From positions 259 to 64,258 of the forward strand of contig SVJW01000008.1 of assembly GCA_015068735.1 (NCBI GenBank): a stretch of DNA of 64,000 bases. Direction: 5' to 3'. Under the pieces are notes generated by a model. It searched no databases. It saw nothing but the letters and a program-made list of their open reading frames with translations, and was not told where the DNA came from. Below, in pieces: positions 63,263-64,000 of this stretch. Origin of the DNA: Oscillospiraceae bacterium (lineage in GTDB: Bacteria; Bacillota; Clostridia; UMGS1883). Within the stretch, counting starts at the first letter, position 1. Each line of letters begins with the position of its first letter. The position numbers and the translations under genes were made by a program.

Positions 63263-64000
63263 TTATTGAGCTAAATCAAGAATTGTTTTCATATAAGTTT
63301 TTTGCTCTTCCTCTGACATGTTTTTCGTGACGGACATATCACAGGAAACTTCACACGCCTCACCGACATTTGCACAAAGCAAATATGTAAGAGGATTAAA
63401 CCAATGTACTGCATTTACAAAAAGAGCAAACCATTTAATAAGCAAATCTTTTCTCTTATAATGAGTCAGTTCATGCAAAAATATCATACGCATGTTTTCA
63501 TCGGAAATTTCTTTGCTTGGAATATAAACGACAGGAAAAAGAACGCCAACAAGCATTGGTGATTCAAAATCCTCCGACATTCTTATTCTGATGTGTCTTT
63601 TTATTCTTAACTCCTTTTTAACATTGTTAAATACGGTATTTTCAGTAATACTAACTGCATTTTTACGTTTGCGTATTATGTAAATGATATAACTGGCGAT
63701 TATGACAACAAGATATATGCACATTCCAAAAAGCCACATATATGAAAGTAAATCAAATATTTTTATATGAGGTTTCTGCTCTATATCCGGTTTATTACTC
63801 ATAATCGGTGTTTCTATGATTTCAACCTCCGCCGGAACGTTTTCTGCATCTGTAGGCACAATTTGCTGTACAATTCCAGCTTGAGGAATCATTGGAATCT
63901 TATAAATTTCATTTGCCGGAAACAGTTTGTATATAGGAATAACCATAGACAAAAGTACTGCAATCCAAACATAATATTGCCATTTAGCAGGGAACTTTTT
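63263..64000 (-). CDS. BlaR1/MecR1-type M56 peptidase signal transducer; 5' end outside the window
   Basis: The zinc motif HELTHYKRKD occurs in a TM context. The frame stays open to the window edge. Confidence 0.8.
   Translation of the reverse strand, partial: KKFPAKWQYYVWIAVLLSMVIPIYKLFPANEIYKIPMIPQAGIVQQIVPTDAENVPAEVEIIETPIMSNKPDIEQKPHIKIFDLLSYMWLFGMCIYLVVIIASYIIYIIRKRKNAVSITENTVFNNVKKELRIKRHIRIRMSEDFESPMLVGVLFPVVYIPSKEISDENMRMIFLHELTHYKRKDLLIKWFALFVNAVHWFNPLTYLLCANVGEACEVSCDMSVTKNMSEEEQKTYMKTILDLAQ

Overview
AT-rich chromosomal segment that looks like a spore-forming Firmicutes/Clostridia genome, since spoIIID, spoVG and a spoIIM-like gene are present. Most of the window is core housekeeping. 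It contains the mfd-pth-prs-spoVG block plus murC, typA/bipA, lexA with a Cheo-type SOS box, rluB, prmC, type III glutamine synthetase, xerD, ybaK, an FHA-RodA-PBP2 module and an FMN riboswitch controlling an ECF riboflavin S-component. Between these sit four AraC-type regulators next to carbohydrate or transport genes (GH88, GH105, a beta-helix protein, an MFS transporter). Other content includes a COG0523 metallochaperone pair with a His/Cys-rich cassette, a LysM/YkuD pair, a two-component system, a small alarmone synthetase operon and a BlaR1-like sensor that runs off the right edge. I found no rRNA, tRNA, CRISPR array, transposase, phage gene or recognisable defence gene. I cannot point to a convincing new multi-gene system, and this looks like an ordinary core region. 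The most unusual signals are non-coding. (1) A modular, hairpin-rich, GC-enriched intergenic repeat family occurs at four or more loci, and one copy is flanked by a 31-bp duplicated terminator. (2) Two intrinsic terminators carry the next gene's -10 box in their loop and its Shine-Dalgarno in their 3' arm. (3) A perfect-consensus promoter would start transcription directly at a terminator-like hairpin in front of glnN. (4) Perfect palindromes of 44-46 bp encode the C-termini of both convergent neighbours. Among coding regions, the points worth a second look are unsaturated-uronate hydrolases with no recognisable lyase, a catalytically dead YkuD paralog, a G3E-GTPase/Cys-rich fusion and an alarmone synthetase-lipid kinase operon. 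All protein family calls come from motif recognition by eye. No database search was run.
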